In this document: positions 35,786-49,023 of the stretch, piece by piece
How the letters are laid out: the number at the start of each line of letters is the position of its first letter
Numbering within the stretch: position 1 is the stretch's first letter
Source of the DNA: Spirogloea muscicola
Taxonomy: Eukaryota
NCBI GenBank assembly: GCA_009602725.1
Contig: WELB01000019.1
Coordinates: 383,982-433,004 of the forward strand
Direction: 5' to 3'
Length of the DNA: 49,023 bases
Position numbers and translations under genes: made by a program
The notes under the pieces: generated by a model
Told to the model about the DNA's origin: nothing
Databases searched by the model: none
Seen by the model: the letters and a program-made list of their open reading frames with translations, nothing else

Positions 35786-38700
35786 TCAATTCAGTGTCTG
35801 GTTGTCGTGCTCCCGCCAACTCACCAGGCGACGCAAGAAAGCCATCACCTGCACGCACACACACGTACGCAGTGACAGGTCCTGTTGCTCAATCGGGTCT
35901 AGCAGAGTCTAGCACGCAAGCACAAGGCCCTTGCGTTCCGAAGGCTGCAGAGACCAGGCATCTGCACTGCGCTCCTCTGACACTGCCATGTGCCAGGTGA
36001 AGCCTGACATGGATCACACCACCCCCGAACTCATGACACAAGGTGTCATCTTTCATAGATTATTGGAGGCCTGATCCAGCAAGGCAGCGGCAAATCCATG
36101 ATTCAACCACCAGCTGATCACCTCAGGAGGATCCCGCAAAGAGTAGGATGCTGTTGTGGGCTTGGCTACTCTGCTGACAACAATGCCGCACCCGGAGCCC
36201 CTCTCCTTCAGCAACTGCACAAACAGTGAGTGCAGTTACCAGTTGTCAGCCTATGTCTGCCCGCGTCAGCATCTGTCCAGCCTGTGCAGAGGATGTGCAC
36301 TGAGCACGCTGAATGATCTGGCTGCTCATGCTGCGCTAACCGGGTGCAGGATTTGGCAGCAATCACCAACATTGCTCTTACACTGAAGGCGTCCTCATCA
36401 GTACGATCATCACCAATATAGACTGGTAGCACCGTGTGGTCGTTCTCCAGTCCTGCTCAGGACGGAGCACACGGGACATTCATGATCGCCCTCTTACCTC
36501 TTCCAAAATCGCTTTTTGGTCCACAACTAACTTATGTTGGGAAGCATTGAGGACATGCGGGTTGGCGGGGAGGCTCGGCGGCAAGCATTTTACATCCTCA
36601 ACATCGTCGTCGCAGAAGAGTGGGTTTTAACAGGTGACATCAATCAGGAGGTGGCAGAACACACCAAGTGCCTTCAGCAAGTAAGCCACGGCCTTGCCTT
36701 TGTTCCACTCCACGACGGGTCGCACCTCAAGAACCTGTGAGCTCCTCGCACGTGTGCTGGTCCAGCTGTTAGTCGTATGCTGTCATGCGCTGCACAGGCT
36801 AGCCACGTAGCGGGTGCCAGTGGATTATCTCAAACAATCTTAATCTTGTAAATCTTAGCAGCTGCTGGAGATACTCTGCTCTTACAGCGCCTTAAGCCTG
36901 ATTCCGCATTGCCAGCCAATGAGTGTCTCATGAGCGCGCTTGGCTGACTTGTGAGAGGTACAACCACACACTGAGGGACTCCAGGCTTAGGGTGCGACTT
37001 GAAGTCAAGGAGGGGGAGTAAAGTGGAAGATGCACAGACTGGGGCTTTTGCACCTTGCGTCCAAACGTGGTTTTGATGTTCGGGTACTGCTTGATGACGT
37101 CGGTGACTATGGTTGCTAGCTCCTGCCAGCTCTGCGCAAGAGCACGCAAGCCCAAAGTATTAGCCAAGGCGACCTCTCACGGTGACCACCGACTACTCCC
37201 GCCGCAGCTGCGTCACCAATGCATAGGCCCACAGCTATCTTCGAGGCCCTGCCTGCATTCTCGTCAGCTACTGGGTCCAGCACTTTGCTGGTCACAAGAC
37301 GAAGCGTACCTCTTCACGGACGCGCCGGAAGTGCACTGTGATGCAAAACTTGTTGTGCTCAATGCTTGCACCCTCAATGAGCGTCAATCTGTCCTTCAAA
37401 GTGCCGCATATCTGCACGCGTGTCAGGAAGCCCGTGAGTTGCAGTGCGAGGGCAAGCATGGCCCTTCCCGGGCACACCAACGGGCTGGCTCCAGCTGCTC
37501 GCTCAGAAGCAGCAGGCAGTTACCACCTTGTTCCCAACTGCAAGTCTGCCTGGCAGCAGCGATGAGATAGAGTCCAGCAGCCCGTGAGCTGCCAAGAGCG
37601 AGGGCAGGGTACATGGCGAATGGGCTATGCAGCCACTCACTTCGTCCATCAGAGGGAGGAACTCCTGTGCCGGCTGATAGATGACCCTGTCCCCAACCTG
37701 CGAACAAGAGAAGAGCAACCAAAAGCTCCTCCGTGATGAGCTCCTCCGTGCTGCCCGCAAAGCTGCCATGACACGGTGACACAGAGGGTCTAGGGCACCA
37801 TGCTGCGGCCACTGCGCAGGGGACCTGGCCTAGCGCAGCTCGACAGCAGAATACGCCATGCGCGGGTGCTCTGCCAAGCGCACGGGTCGCCTCACCTGAC
37901 CATCTGCCGTCACACCCCCGTATCCATTGGCAGGGCCCATGATGTCAAGTCCATGGCTGCCAGCATAGAAGAGCTCAGAGAGCTGCACAAAGCTGTATAC
38001 CTGCGCACACCAAGTGGTACGGGTTGTTGAGCTCGGCTCCTCCACAGGTGCACTGCTAACCACCTCTAGGACCAGGACCGGTGAGCGCGTTTGCACAGGC
38101 AGCCCAGAGAGAGGGCGGGTGAAGGAGCACGTGAGCATGACGTGCTCGCACCTTCTCCCGGCCACGGCCACTGATGATTGCAGTCGGGAAGTGGGCAGCC
38201 ACATCCTTGACCGCAGCCCTCATCTGCATAGCGAGCCCCCCCGGCCAGCACGCCGCTCATCAGCTGCTCTGCGAGTAGGAAGTGTGATCCGCCAGCACGA
38301 GTGCCTGAGACTGGTGCCGTGCCCAATGCGCTCCCCGCGTAGCATTTGGTAAGTGCGAACCAACGACAGCGGTGAGCCGTGGCCGAGTCAGCGGCCTTCT
38401 GACAGGCCCAGGCCTTTCCTGTGCGCAGCGAGTGGCAGACCTGGTCGGTCATGAATGCGCGCTCCGGGTCCTCGATGATCGGGGACAGCGTGCCATCATA
38501 GTCGAGGAAGAGCGCCAGCTGCTTCCCTTGGGCCAACCCAGTCACCTCCCCGAAGTGGTCCAGGGCGGAAGGATGGTCCGCCTGGCCAAACGAGTATGCA
38601 AAGCGTTGAGAGATGGGGAGACGGTGTGTGGGGGACGGGCGGGAGACGGGCTCTTGCGACAGCCGAGTGAGCACCGATGACCGGCTGCGGGAAGCTCTCC

Positions 38701-38968
38701 TCCTGTCCCGTCAGGACCAGCTCCAAGTGGAGGTGGCCTGAATTCCAGCAGGTGTGGGAAAGCACGTGGGTGCCAGCATTCGCCCGGGCCGAGGATCCAC
38801 CGCGCAGCGGCAGGTGCCCCCGCGGTGGAGCGAGGCAGCCAAGGCAGGAGGGGGATCACCGTCCAGGCGTGGTAGTCCGAGTGCGCGGCGTCGGGGGGCG
38901 GAGCGCCGGGGGCGGCGGTGAGGGCGGAGGGGCCGTCGGCGCGGGGCGTGTCGGCGGGGGGCGCGGGC
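35786..38968 (-). CDS. TPP: Trehalose-6-phosphate phosphatase (plant TPP class); start in gap 38969-39573
   Basis: DYHAWT/ADHPSAL, HAD motif FLDYDGTLSPI, AIISGR, YAGSHGLDI, NKFCITVHFR, VLEVRP..WNKGKAV, YIGDDRTDEDAF and last exon VMAFLRRLVSW. Stop at 35786-35788. Confidence 0.94.
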
Positions 38969-39676
38969 NNNNNNNNNNNNNNNNNNNNNNNNNNNNNNNN
39001 NNNNNNNNNNNNNNNNNNNNNNNNNNNNNNNNNNNNNNNNNNNNNNNNNNNNNNNNNNNNNNNNNNNNNNNNNNNNNNNNNNNNNNNNNNNNNNNNNNNN
39101 NNNNNNNNNNNNNNNNNNNNNNNNNNNNNNNNNNNNNNNNNNNNNNNNNNNNNNNNNNNNNNNNNNNNNNNNNNNNNNNNNNNNNNNNNNNNNNNNNNNN
39201 NNNNNNNNNNNNNNNNNNNNNNNNNNNNNNNNNNNNNNNNNNNNNNNNNNNNNNNNNNNNNNNNNNNNNNNNNNNNNNNNNNNNNNNNNNNNNNNNNNNN
39301 NNNNNNNNNNNNNNNNNNNNNNNNNNNNNNNNNNNNNNNNNNNNNNNNNNNNNNNNNNNNNNNNNNNNNNNNNNNNNNNNNNNNNNNNNNNNNNNNNNNN
39401 NNNNNNNNNNNNNNNNNNNNNNNNNNNNNNNNNNNNNNNNNNNNNNNNNNNNNNNNNNNNNNNNNNNNNNNNNNNNNNNNNNNNNNNNNNNNNNNNNNNN
39501 NNNNNNNNNNNNNNNNNNNNNNNNNNNNNNNNNNNNNNNNNNNNNNNNNNNNNNNNNNNNNNNNNNNNNNNNNCCCCCCCCGCGCCCACTGCGGCGCCAG
39601 CTGCTCAGCTGCTCCCTCCCCGGAGCTGCGCCCTCACACCGCTCGGCAGCCCGGTGTCCCCCGCGCTACCTTGCAG

Positions 39677-42600
39677 GCAGTCGCGGCGGCGCTGGACGAC
39701 AAGGGCGAGTACATTGGCGAGAAGCCCCCGACGCCGCTGCTCGACACCATCAACTTCCCCATCCACATGAAGAACCTTGCCATCCCGGTCCGCACCTCCT
39801 CCCCGCTCCCACGCACTCGCCGCCGAGCGCGCCCTTGCCGCCTGCTCGCCGCCCAACTGAGCCCGACTGCCACCCGGTCCTGCAAGTGGAGCAGGAGCTG
39901 AAGCAGCTCGCGGACGAGCTGCGGTCAGAGGTCATCTTCACCGTGTCCAAGACGGGGGGCCACCTGGGCTCCAGCCTCGGTGTGGTGGAGCTCACGGTTG
40001 CACTGCATCACGTGTTCAACTCCCCCGCCGACAGAATGATATGGGATGTCGGCCACCAGGTTCGTCCCCACATCAGACCTTCTCGCATCCAACGCCTCAC
40101 ACTCCTCACTCTGTAGCAGCCTTGCAGCGATTGAATCGAGGCACGGGCCCCTCAGACCATCTCTGGCCCAATTTGCCACCCGTCTGCCAGCTCTTGCGAG
40201 GATGCTGTTTCGTCCTTCAATTGCTCGTTCTGCTGATTTCAGCTCAAGCATCACTGGCAGCGAGAGTCTAGTAGCCACTGGGAGCAGCCAGGAGAGTACG
40301 CTCTGCCTGGGCTTCGGGAATCGTCTTGGCCAACAGTCCCCCTCCTCGCTGCAGAATTGGCCACAAGGGCCACAGGCCGTACGTCTTATGTAGGGCTCAC
40401 CTCTCTCCTCCTCTGCAGACATACCCCCACAAGATTCTGACGGGCCGACGCTCCAAGATGCTGACGCTACGAACCACCGGCGGTCTGGCTGGCTTCACCA
40501 AGCGCTCTGAAAGCGAGCACGACTGTTTTGGTGCTGGGCACAGCTCCACATCTATCTCAGCTGGACTGGGTGAGCGACCTTGAAGCTGCACGATTGTCGC
40601 CAGCTTGAGCAGATATACGAGCGGTAGTCGGAGTAAGGCCGAGCTAACGGAAGCAGGTATGTGTCAAGAGCAGAGCCTCTTATACTTTGACATTTGGAAA
40701 AACTCCAGGCATGGCCGTCGGGAGGGATCTGAAGGGAGGCAAGAATCACGTCATTTCTGTGATTGGAGATGGGGCCATGACCGCTGGTCAAGCCTACGAA
40801 GCAATGAACAATGCAGGCTACTTGGACACGAACATGATTGTCATACTTAACGACAACAAACAGGTGCCTCAGAGCAGCTCTTTTTTCGTAGGTGTCTGTC
40901 ACAGTCTTTGATATCTCCTGCTGCCCTCTTGATGTCTCGTCTTGTACTGCCTGCTGGCAAACATCTTGGCTCCGACTGCATCACCTGTGCAGCAAGTGAC
41001 AAAGTTGCTCCTTGTTGCTGCAAGCAGGTCTCTCTTCCGACGGCGACGCTAGATGGGCCGGCACCACCAGTGGGAGCTCTGAGTAGTGCTTTGAGCAAGC
41101 TTCAGTCTAGCAGGCCTCTGCGTGAGTTGCGCGAGGTTGCAAAGGTACAAGTAGCAGGGCACGACCATTGCTCTTGTTTATGTTGGTGTGTCCTGTCAGG
41201 GACTCAAGCATGGTTGTTCTTCCGAGAGGGCCTCGCTGCAGTCCTTTGCATTCTGTTCAGCATCTGCAGACTGCTGGGCCTGAGCTCTGGTCTTCTTCAG
41301 TTGCACATTTCATTGAGGGCTCAGGAAAGTGCCTTCGTTGCATGCTGTGTGCATGCATGCTGACGTACAAGGCATGCTTGTTGCCTTGGAGCAGTTTGCC
41401 ACGAAACAAATTGGAGGCCCTGTACACGAGCTGGCGAGCAAAGTGGACGAGTATGCCCGTGGAATGATCAGCGGGTCAGGGTCGACCATGTTTGAGGAGC
41501 TTGGACTGTACTACATTGGTCCTGTTGACGGCCATAACCTGCAGGACCTAGTGAGCATTCTGAGAGAAGTCAAGAACACGCAGTCAACAGGCCCAGTGCT
41601 GATTCATGTAGTCACAGAGAAGGGGCGTGGCTATCCATACGCTGAACGAGCCGCTGACAAGTACCATGGTGTGTTCCCAGCTTCCTGACCAGCTTGTGAA
41701 GGCGCACTTTACCACAGAGAGTGATGGAGTCCAACCTGCTGCATAGTAGAATCGTGATGTGTTGCCTGATTGCGAGGTATTGCATCTGCAGCTACTTAGC
41801 AGTATTGAGCTCGTCCTTACCCTGCCTGCAGGCGTGGTGAAGTTTGATCCTGCCACCGGTAAGCAATTCAAGACAAAAGTCAAGACGCAGGCATACACGA
41901 CGTACTTTGCCGAGGCCCTTGTGGCTGAGGCTGAGCAGGACAAGGGCATTGTGGCCATTCATGCAGCAATGGGAGGAGGGACTGGCCTCAATCTGGTTAG
42001 CCTTTTGCAGCATTGCTAGCTATGATGCCAAGCTTGTGTGGACATGCCACATGCAGCCTCTGTGCCGTGATCTTTTTAGCATGTGTCTTCACAAGTGGCC
42101 CCAAGGTTGCGTAGCCATGTCAGCAGCTGGCACTCTATGTCGCCCCCCCTGAGTCCCTGATCGTATCTGCACTTGTCCAGTTCGCCAAGCGCTTCCCCGA
42201 GAGGTGCTTCGATGTTGGCATCGCAGAACAACACGCAGTAACCTTTGCAGCCGGCTTGGCCTGTGAAGGCCTCAAACCATTCTGTGCCATCTACTCGTCT
42301 TTCATGCAGCGCGCATATGATCAGGTGGGCTAAGTGCAGCACCATGCATTCAAGCTTGCAGCATCCTGCAGCTACTTCTGGCACTCAAACTGCCAGCACT
42401 TCAAGCTTGAGGCTAGGCAGGGTGGTGCAAGATGCTCGTTTGCAGCATGCATGCAAGCCGAGGGGCAGACCTGAGTGATTGTTCTTCTTGTGCTGCAGTT
42501 TTGCCACGACGTCTCTCTGCAAAAGTTGCCCGTACGATTCGCCCTTGATCGGGCTGGATTGGTGGGGGCAGATGGACCAACTCATTGTGGAGCCTTTGAT

Positions 42601-43448
42601 GTGGCGTACATGGCAGCAGTTCCCAATGTCGTGATCATGGCCCCCTCTGACGAAGCAGAGCTGTTCCATGCTGTGGCAACGGCTGCAGCCATTGATGACA
42701 TGCCCTCTGTCTTCCGCTATCCAAGGGGAAATGGTGTTGGCGTCCTCCTGCCAGATGGCAATAAGGGCGTCCCATTCCAGGTAGTGCGTCACTTCTTGGA
42801 AGGCAGCTGTTAGCATTCGACCGGGTTCACTTTGCGACCCCTTTGAGAGTTGGCAGTCTTACAAGTGCTTGCCGTGTGCCTGGGGGGTGGCAGATTGGAA
42901 AGGGTCGCATCCTGACAGAGGGCACAGATGTTGCCCTGCTGGGATATGGTACGATGGTGCAAAACTGCTTGGCAGCACAGGTGCTCCTTGCGCAGCATGG
43001 TGTCAGTGCCACTGTTGCAGATGCACGCTTCTGCAAACCCCTTGATGGAGATCTCCTCCGTCAGCTGGCCAGACACCACCGTCTGATTGTCACAGTAGAA
43101 GAGGGCTCAGTTGGCGGTTTTGGCTCTCACGCCCAACACTTTATGACACTCGATGGCCTCCTGGACTCTGGAAAGCTTCTGGTGAGCAATCTGGCCCAAT
43201 CTGGCAGGCATCTCCTGCATCTTAGTGGTCGATGCATCGGTTGATGTGAAGACCGTGTTCTCTGTGAGCTCATACTGACATAAGTGGTCCTTGCGCAGTT
43301 CCGCTCGATGACGCTTCCAGATCGTTATATTGATCATGGGGCACCTGCTGACCAGCTTTCAGAGGCAGGCCTCACAGCGTCTCACATTGCTGCCACCTCT
43401 TTGAAAGTCCTCGGTCGAAAGTCTGAGGCACTCCAGCTTTTAAGCTAG
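39677..43448 (+). CDS. DXS: 1-deoxy-D-xylulose-5-phosphate synthase; transit-peptide exon probably in the upstream gap
   Basis: [92 protein letters not shown] and LPDRYIDHG. Stop at 43446-43448. Confidence 0.96.
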
Positions 43449-44015
43449 GAAGTAGAGCAATTCATCTGCCTCTGTCTAGTGATGGAGTCGGGTGTGATGT
43501 AGATAAGTGTTTCATAGCACCATTTTGCAGCAAAAAGTGCCCAGTTTGGGTGCAGTGCCATGGGATGGCGGGAAGCATTTGACCTCCATGTCAAGGAGTT
43601 GGACTTGTAACCTTAATGCCTACTCTTGAGTCCCTCAATTCACTTATGTCCTTCAGTTAGTCATATGCTATTGGCTCTTAGCCAGCTGTCTTGCATCCAT
43701 CTCAAGTGCCCTCCAGTGTGCCGTACCCGTCAGGTCATCCACCATATCCTCCAAAGACGTGTAAGCCTCAGCATGCAACAAGTCAAGTGCAACTGCAGAG
43801 GCTTATCGGAGATGTGATCTCCTAGGGATGTGAAAGCCAGGAGATGATGATCAAAGCCACGACAGGCGTTTCTTATTCGTAACAGATGGTTCCTGCAAAA
43901 AATTTGATCGCGGGCCTTGCTTCCAGTACAGCCACGAGAGGACAACAATATGGAGTGCACACTGCAGTGACACGTAGACATGTCCAAAAGTACTAGTTGA
44001 TCGACAGGAGTCTAA

Positions 44016-47000
44016 CTAGGAGACTGTTGGGCGTCTGGCTTTCCTGCGCTTCTCATAGAACAAAAGGCTAGCCTCAGCTTTGACGACCTCTTCCTGCGAA
44101 ACTTGCCACACTTGAGAATCCGATATCCGGAACCAGTGACCTTCACTCGACGCCCAAGTGTCCTTCCAAGGCTGCGTTGTTGAGCTTTTAGGCATTGTGC
44201 CTGTATCTTCTACTCTTCTCAATGAAGCCTCCAAGTCCTTGGTGCTAGGTTGTGACTCCTCGCCGCAAGCATGCCAACCCGTGCTGATTGCACAAGAACT
44301 GCCCGCAGGCTCCATGCTGCCACCACCGGACTGCCCTCCATCTGCTTCAGTACCACCATCTGACTCCTCAGAGCTGCCTCCCCCAGACAGAACATGTGGA
44401 GTTTCATTCTGCATCATCCAGCTGTGGAAGGATGGACTCCTCCTTACTCCATCATTGTTGGGTTGCGCAGAGGGCTGAGATCTTGAGGAAGCACTGGCCT
44501 GACTGGCATCAACAACATCACATGTCCGCCATGCCTGCTTCGGTAGCCAGCACCTGCTTCTTGTGTGAATCCCTGCAGGTGGCCTTATTGCTCGCCGCAT
44601 GGAGAGCCAGGCATTTGCATCGAACCGCCGGTAAACAATGTAATGGCCGCTGCTGGGACCACCCAAATGGACGACAACAGCTACCAGCTCATATGGCAAG
44701 GACTGCATGCGTTGTCGCCCAGAAGGCTCCTCAGAACACCTCAGCGAGCCTCCCGCGCCGTCACCTAGATCCTGCCATGTGCTTGCAGGCTTGCCAGTGA
44801 GCTCTGCGTGCTTCCTTGCTAGTTCTACCTCTGCACTGTTACGTGCAGAGACACGGACGCCCTGTGGCTCATGTGCAACTGTTCTACTTGCGCCTCGTGG
44901 ATTTGGAGCCCCTAGAATACAGTGGTAAACCTGGGCTCCATGTGTCTCGAGTCTATATTGAGGCCGAGGCGCCTCTGGAAAGAGATCACAAGAAGTGCCA
45001 ATCTCACATCCAGCACTGCAGCCCAAGTTGCGTCCTGCTGTGGCAGAGTCTGACGTGCACATAGCAGGCTCTGTTGGTGCTCCTGACACAGTCGTCCAGG
45101 CTTGTCCTGCATTCAAGGCAGCCACTAGGGTGTGGTCCCAGATGTCCAGCTCCAGAGGAAAAGCAACATGACCCTGCACAAAGGGTGATGCAAAGTACGT
45201 GCTCAGTTGCCCCAACATCAGGGGTCCACCAGCAAAAGTGGTCTGTCTAAGTACAGCTCCTCCCTTGCCAGACCGACAACCCTCAGCAATCAGCAGACCT
45301 GCTCAACGCTGGGCCTTCTTAACAAACAAGTGATACCTGCAGCTTCTGGAGGCGGTAAGAACTCTCGTCAACAACGAGGCGCTGCAGCTGAAGACACAAC
45401 ACCTGGACATAGGCGCCCGCGAGCAGGCAGGGGCTGGGTTGGTCTGACTTGCCTTTGCAAGCTGGCAGAGTGCAGCCTATCCTCTACTTCGTAGGGAAGC
45501 CCGCACGCTCAGGCACATTCTCACAACAGCATGTGGCGGCAGCTACAGGCATCTCAGCAAAGCCTACGCTGTGGCCCGACAATGGCTGAGTGCTTCACCA
45601 GCGGGATCCGAGCGATCAGTAAACACTTGCTGGCAGGGGAGAGGAATGGTTTCCATCCAAAGCCAAGATCTTGACAGATCTTCGCACACCCGCAGTTGTC
45701 GTGGCAGCTACACTCCGAGAGCATGGCCAAGATGTCCTGGACAGCACCAAGGAAAATGACGACCAGTGTGCGTCAGTGTGACAAGGCCTCATGACTGAAC
45801 CTTCCACGCAGCACATATTGTCCTTCGTCGTCTATTCTGTAAACAGATCCAACCGCTCACGGTGGGTGGACGCTAACTCCAATCTGAAACAATCGACACC
45901 CCAGCGAGCATACAGGAGTCAGCACGGTATGATGCTGGTAGGGCGCAAGTACGCCACACCTCCCTGTTGCCGTGCTTCTGCTGCGTCGTGCCTTTTGTAA
46001 GCGCCGCTATGCAGCTGATATGCCTGCAACGAATGCAGTCCACGAAGGGCACTTGCTCAACAGCCGTGAAAGCACGTAGGCAGTCATCCAGGCTGCAAGG
46101 CATCTGCCACAGCAGGAGGATGACAGTGACGTGTGAGCATTGAGTCTGACTTGGAGCTTGAAGGCTAGGACCTTGTGAGATATCCACTACATTCCGAGCA
46201 GATGACCAGTGCCCTCATAAGCTTCAACGTTAACATGGGGCATAGGCGGCTGAGCTGCATATCCTGCAATTAAATTTACCACTTCATTGTTGTGCATCCA
46301 TGGCGTGAGAGAGATATCAACAAAAGGCTGCAGTTGTGCAGTAAACTGCAGCAGCCAGCCAGATGCCATCCCCAATCAGCATATACAATACTGCAAAATA
46401 GGGGGCTCTTTAATACAAGCTGAACCAAGCTCTACAAGGAGTGGCATATGCAAGCTCTATTAGGATGGACACATGTGCAGCTGCAGTGGCATCCCTGCAC
46501 TGCATGGAGATGCTTGAAGGAACTACAAGTAGCAAAACGAGCTGTGAACGCGGCTAAGCTGCTGCTGCAGTAATGTCACCTCCCAGTGTAAGCTCGAGCC
46601 TAACCTGATGACCACAAGTTTGGCAAACTAACAAGCTGCCCATGGTCCCCTCCAATGGCCATCTCATATCCGCCTGCCAACTGCGGAGTACTTCATTCAA
46701 GTGTTCCCCAGCAACTTCACCTTGTGACCTGTGGCCGTGGGCGTGTGGAAGGATGTGCTGGGTGTGGAACCTCGTACTTTTGGAGCTCAGAAGCTTCGTC
46801 AGCGACTGGCCAGAAGAGCTGCTGGATTGGTGGCTCTGCTCCTTGCTCATGCCCATGCACAGGTGACCCAGTGCTTCTGCTGCATCCTGTTGCACAGCCG
46901 AGACTCCAGTCAGGATATGCACATTGGCAGGATAGCCTCCCACAACCGACGCCATATTATAGAGGAAGGCACCTATCAGAAACAAAATCTGTGCACAGCG

Positions 47001-48248
47001 TACGGCCGCATGTCACATGTGCTGCAACCGTGCATCTTTCATCTTCCCTCCTCGATGTCATGCAGCAGGGACATACACACCAGTGCATGGCTGCATCTCT
47101 GGGTCCCGATGAGGCACCTGTTGCGATGACATGTCAAAAAGGCTGGCATATCCCTCAAGAGCTTGCATGACCTCCCTCGGATTCGCCACATGCGGCTGCA
47201 ATCTGGGGAGTGCCAGCTCTGTCGACTCATCGCAAACATGCAGTCTCTCATCAGGGCGTCGAGCAGCGTGCCTCCAGCAGAATTGCAGAGCGAGTTGCAC
47301 AATCTTGCACAACTACCTTCTCAATATCTGCAAAGACAACGCAGGGGTCTAACAGGTGTTTGCAATGAGTACCTCTCAGCAACGCATACAATGCTGCAGC
47401 TAGTGGTGGTTGAGCAGGCTCCTGCTCATTGCTGCTCTTCAGTCGGAAGGCTACGTGTGCAACCACGATTTGGGAGCTAGAAAGAGCCTGACATTAGAAG
47501 CTGCTACATATCAGAAGTGACAATGAGGGCAATGCAGTTGGACATTATCATAGAGAGAAAAAGGAGAAAGGGTGAGCGCACGCATCAATGGCCCAGACTA
47601 CGGCACTCAATCCATGCACAGCTGGGCCCCGGCAGACCTGTTGGCGTCTACATGACTCTCCTGCATGGCTTGCAGGGTCACAAGTCCTGCAGTGCACTTC
47701 CATGGCAGGTGGGTCTGACAAAGAAATGAATTTGTGATGAAATAATGGGTGGGGGGCAATGACGGCTTTCCTGGGAGGGCCATAGACGTCAAGCGCATGA
47801 CCTGAGATTGCAAGCTTACCTGCAGAATGGCGTTGAGGAAGCAGTTGCTGCCAGAGTTGTGCAGCCCGGCCACAGTCAGGCTACCCTCTGCTATGACACC
47901 GTGCTGTGCTTCGAGGCCCTGCTTGCTTTTGTGTGCCAAGTGATCACCTAGGCTCGCTGCCAGCCCCCGAGCCTGCTTGGAGAGCCTGGAAGCTAGCTTC
48001 GAAGCAGGGGGTGTTGCACGTGCTGCATATATAGCAGCAGCCAGAGCAGCACCCAGAGTGCTCACTCCCACAGCGAGCATCGCCAGGACAAAGACAGAAC
48101 CCCTGTCACTCCAGAGCACAGTGCGGTCGTACCACCTGGCCGTAGCTTCCCCAATGGCCAGGTGGGCGGATCGGGGCCAGCGTAATCGCAGGCGGCTCGT
48201 GGCACCGTCAGGAACCACGCATCGCCCGAGCAGGGGTGCTGGCACCAT
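44016..48248 (-). CDS. Ubiquitin-specific protease, UBP27/USP30-like with N-terminal transmembrane segment
   Basis: TM segment VFVLAMLAVGVSTLGAALAAAIY, Cys box GLHNSGSNCFLNAILQ, QQDAAE, LDDCLRAF, LCLQLQR, GHVAFPL, His box YELVAVVVHLGGPSSGHYIVYR and WFRISD. The start codon is uncertain. Confidence 0.88.
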
Positions 48249-48752
48249 TGTGGGTGTAGCGGAGGAAGTGAGGAGGTCAACACTGGCCTGTCCTTGTGGC
48301 AGCAGCTGTCTCTGGCGCCGGCGCTACAACCAGGACAATGAGCGTGCAGACTCGCTCTTGACTCCACTGTGCCGGTGCACTTGGGCATCGGCCCCCAAAC
48401 TCGTCACAAATCACAGTGGTAGTGCTTGCTATCGAGCAGCAGCAGGGCCAGCTGCTGCCTCCCAGCCTTGCTGGAGCGGCTCCCGTTGCGCAGCAGAAGA
48501 GTGGCTGCGTGCATGCCCAGCTCCACCTCCTCGCGAGCCACTCTAACCCAGCTCCTGCACAAAGGTTGCAGCCAACTCCATCAGTCTCCCACCGCCCTCA
48601 CACCGCCCAGGATGAGCGGCTTCTACTGGCAGGAGCTCGCTCAGGAGCTTCCCACCGCTGACACAGGCCACGCAAGACGCACAGAAGCCCGGCTTCCAGC
48701 ACAGGCAAGGACGAGGGGTGGGGCCAGAATGGCTGACGACGGGGCAAGCCCA

Positions 48753-48777
48753 GCAGTGGGCCGGGCAGTGGGCCGGG
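48753..48777. promoter_or_regulatory. Tandem GCAGTGGGCCGG repeat containing site II-like TGGGCC motifs
   Basis: Two 12-bp copies upstream of the USP gene. TGGGCY is the plant TCP site II motif; function is inferred only. Confidence 0.3.
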
Positions 48778-49023
48778 AAGAGTGCCGGACCGCGTTCAGG
48801 CAGTCACCGCGGGCGCGCTCCGCTCGGCGGCGAGCGAAACCAGGAATGGCGATGCGGCAACGACTTCCAGGCGGCAGCTGCGGCCCTGGTGCTCAGTCAC
48901 GAGCGCCGCAGCCGCCCAGAGGCGCGGCGCATCCCTGGGGCGGAGCCACGACGAGGGCGCGGAGTCAGGCGAGTGTCGAGCGGGGGTTTCTGTGGAGGTG
49001 CCGCCGAGGGGAGCTGGGGGGGG

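Noticed and set aside
45446..45456. Apparent GC donor (AAG|GCAAGT) in the USP gene
   Set aside because: It lies within an intron; the flanking exons join through GT-AG sites.

Overview
Gene-dense, intron-rich eukaryotic nuclear DNA of the green-plant lineage. The plant-type gene set, short GT-AG introns, TTTAGGG-type telo-boxes and very GC-rich (GCC)n gene starts suggest a streptophyte alga or early-diverging plant (inference). Twelve multi-exon genes can be reconstructed by eye: SRP9 (partial), a NERD1-like FG-GAP membrane protein, a membrane dual-specificity phosphatase, a plastid NifU-C-like protein, FCF2, cyclin H, a DRG GTPase, a delta-9 acyl-lipid desaturase, DEAD-box helicase RH35/DDX41, trehalose-6-phosphate phosphatase, DXS and a UBP27/USP30-like protease. 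Several 5' ends fall in assembly gaps. The most unusual region is about 31.1-34.7 kb, with outliers at 19.1 and 26.7 kb. It holds decayed restriction-like-endonuclease (REL) non-LTR retrotransposon fragments and a short non-coding mobile family. That family shows at least four TSD-flanked insertions with fixed TTC-rich ends and variable truncation, a fold-back inversion, a copy capped by telomeric repeat, and sub-repeats resembling degenerate minimal hammerhead ribozymes. Together these look like a non-autonomous Penelope-like or retrozyme-like system. All calls come from reading the sequence; no searches were run.
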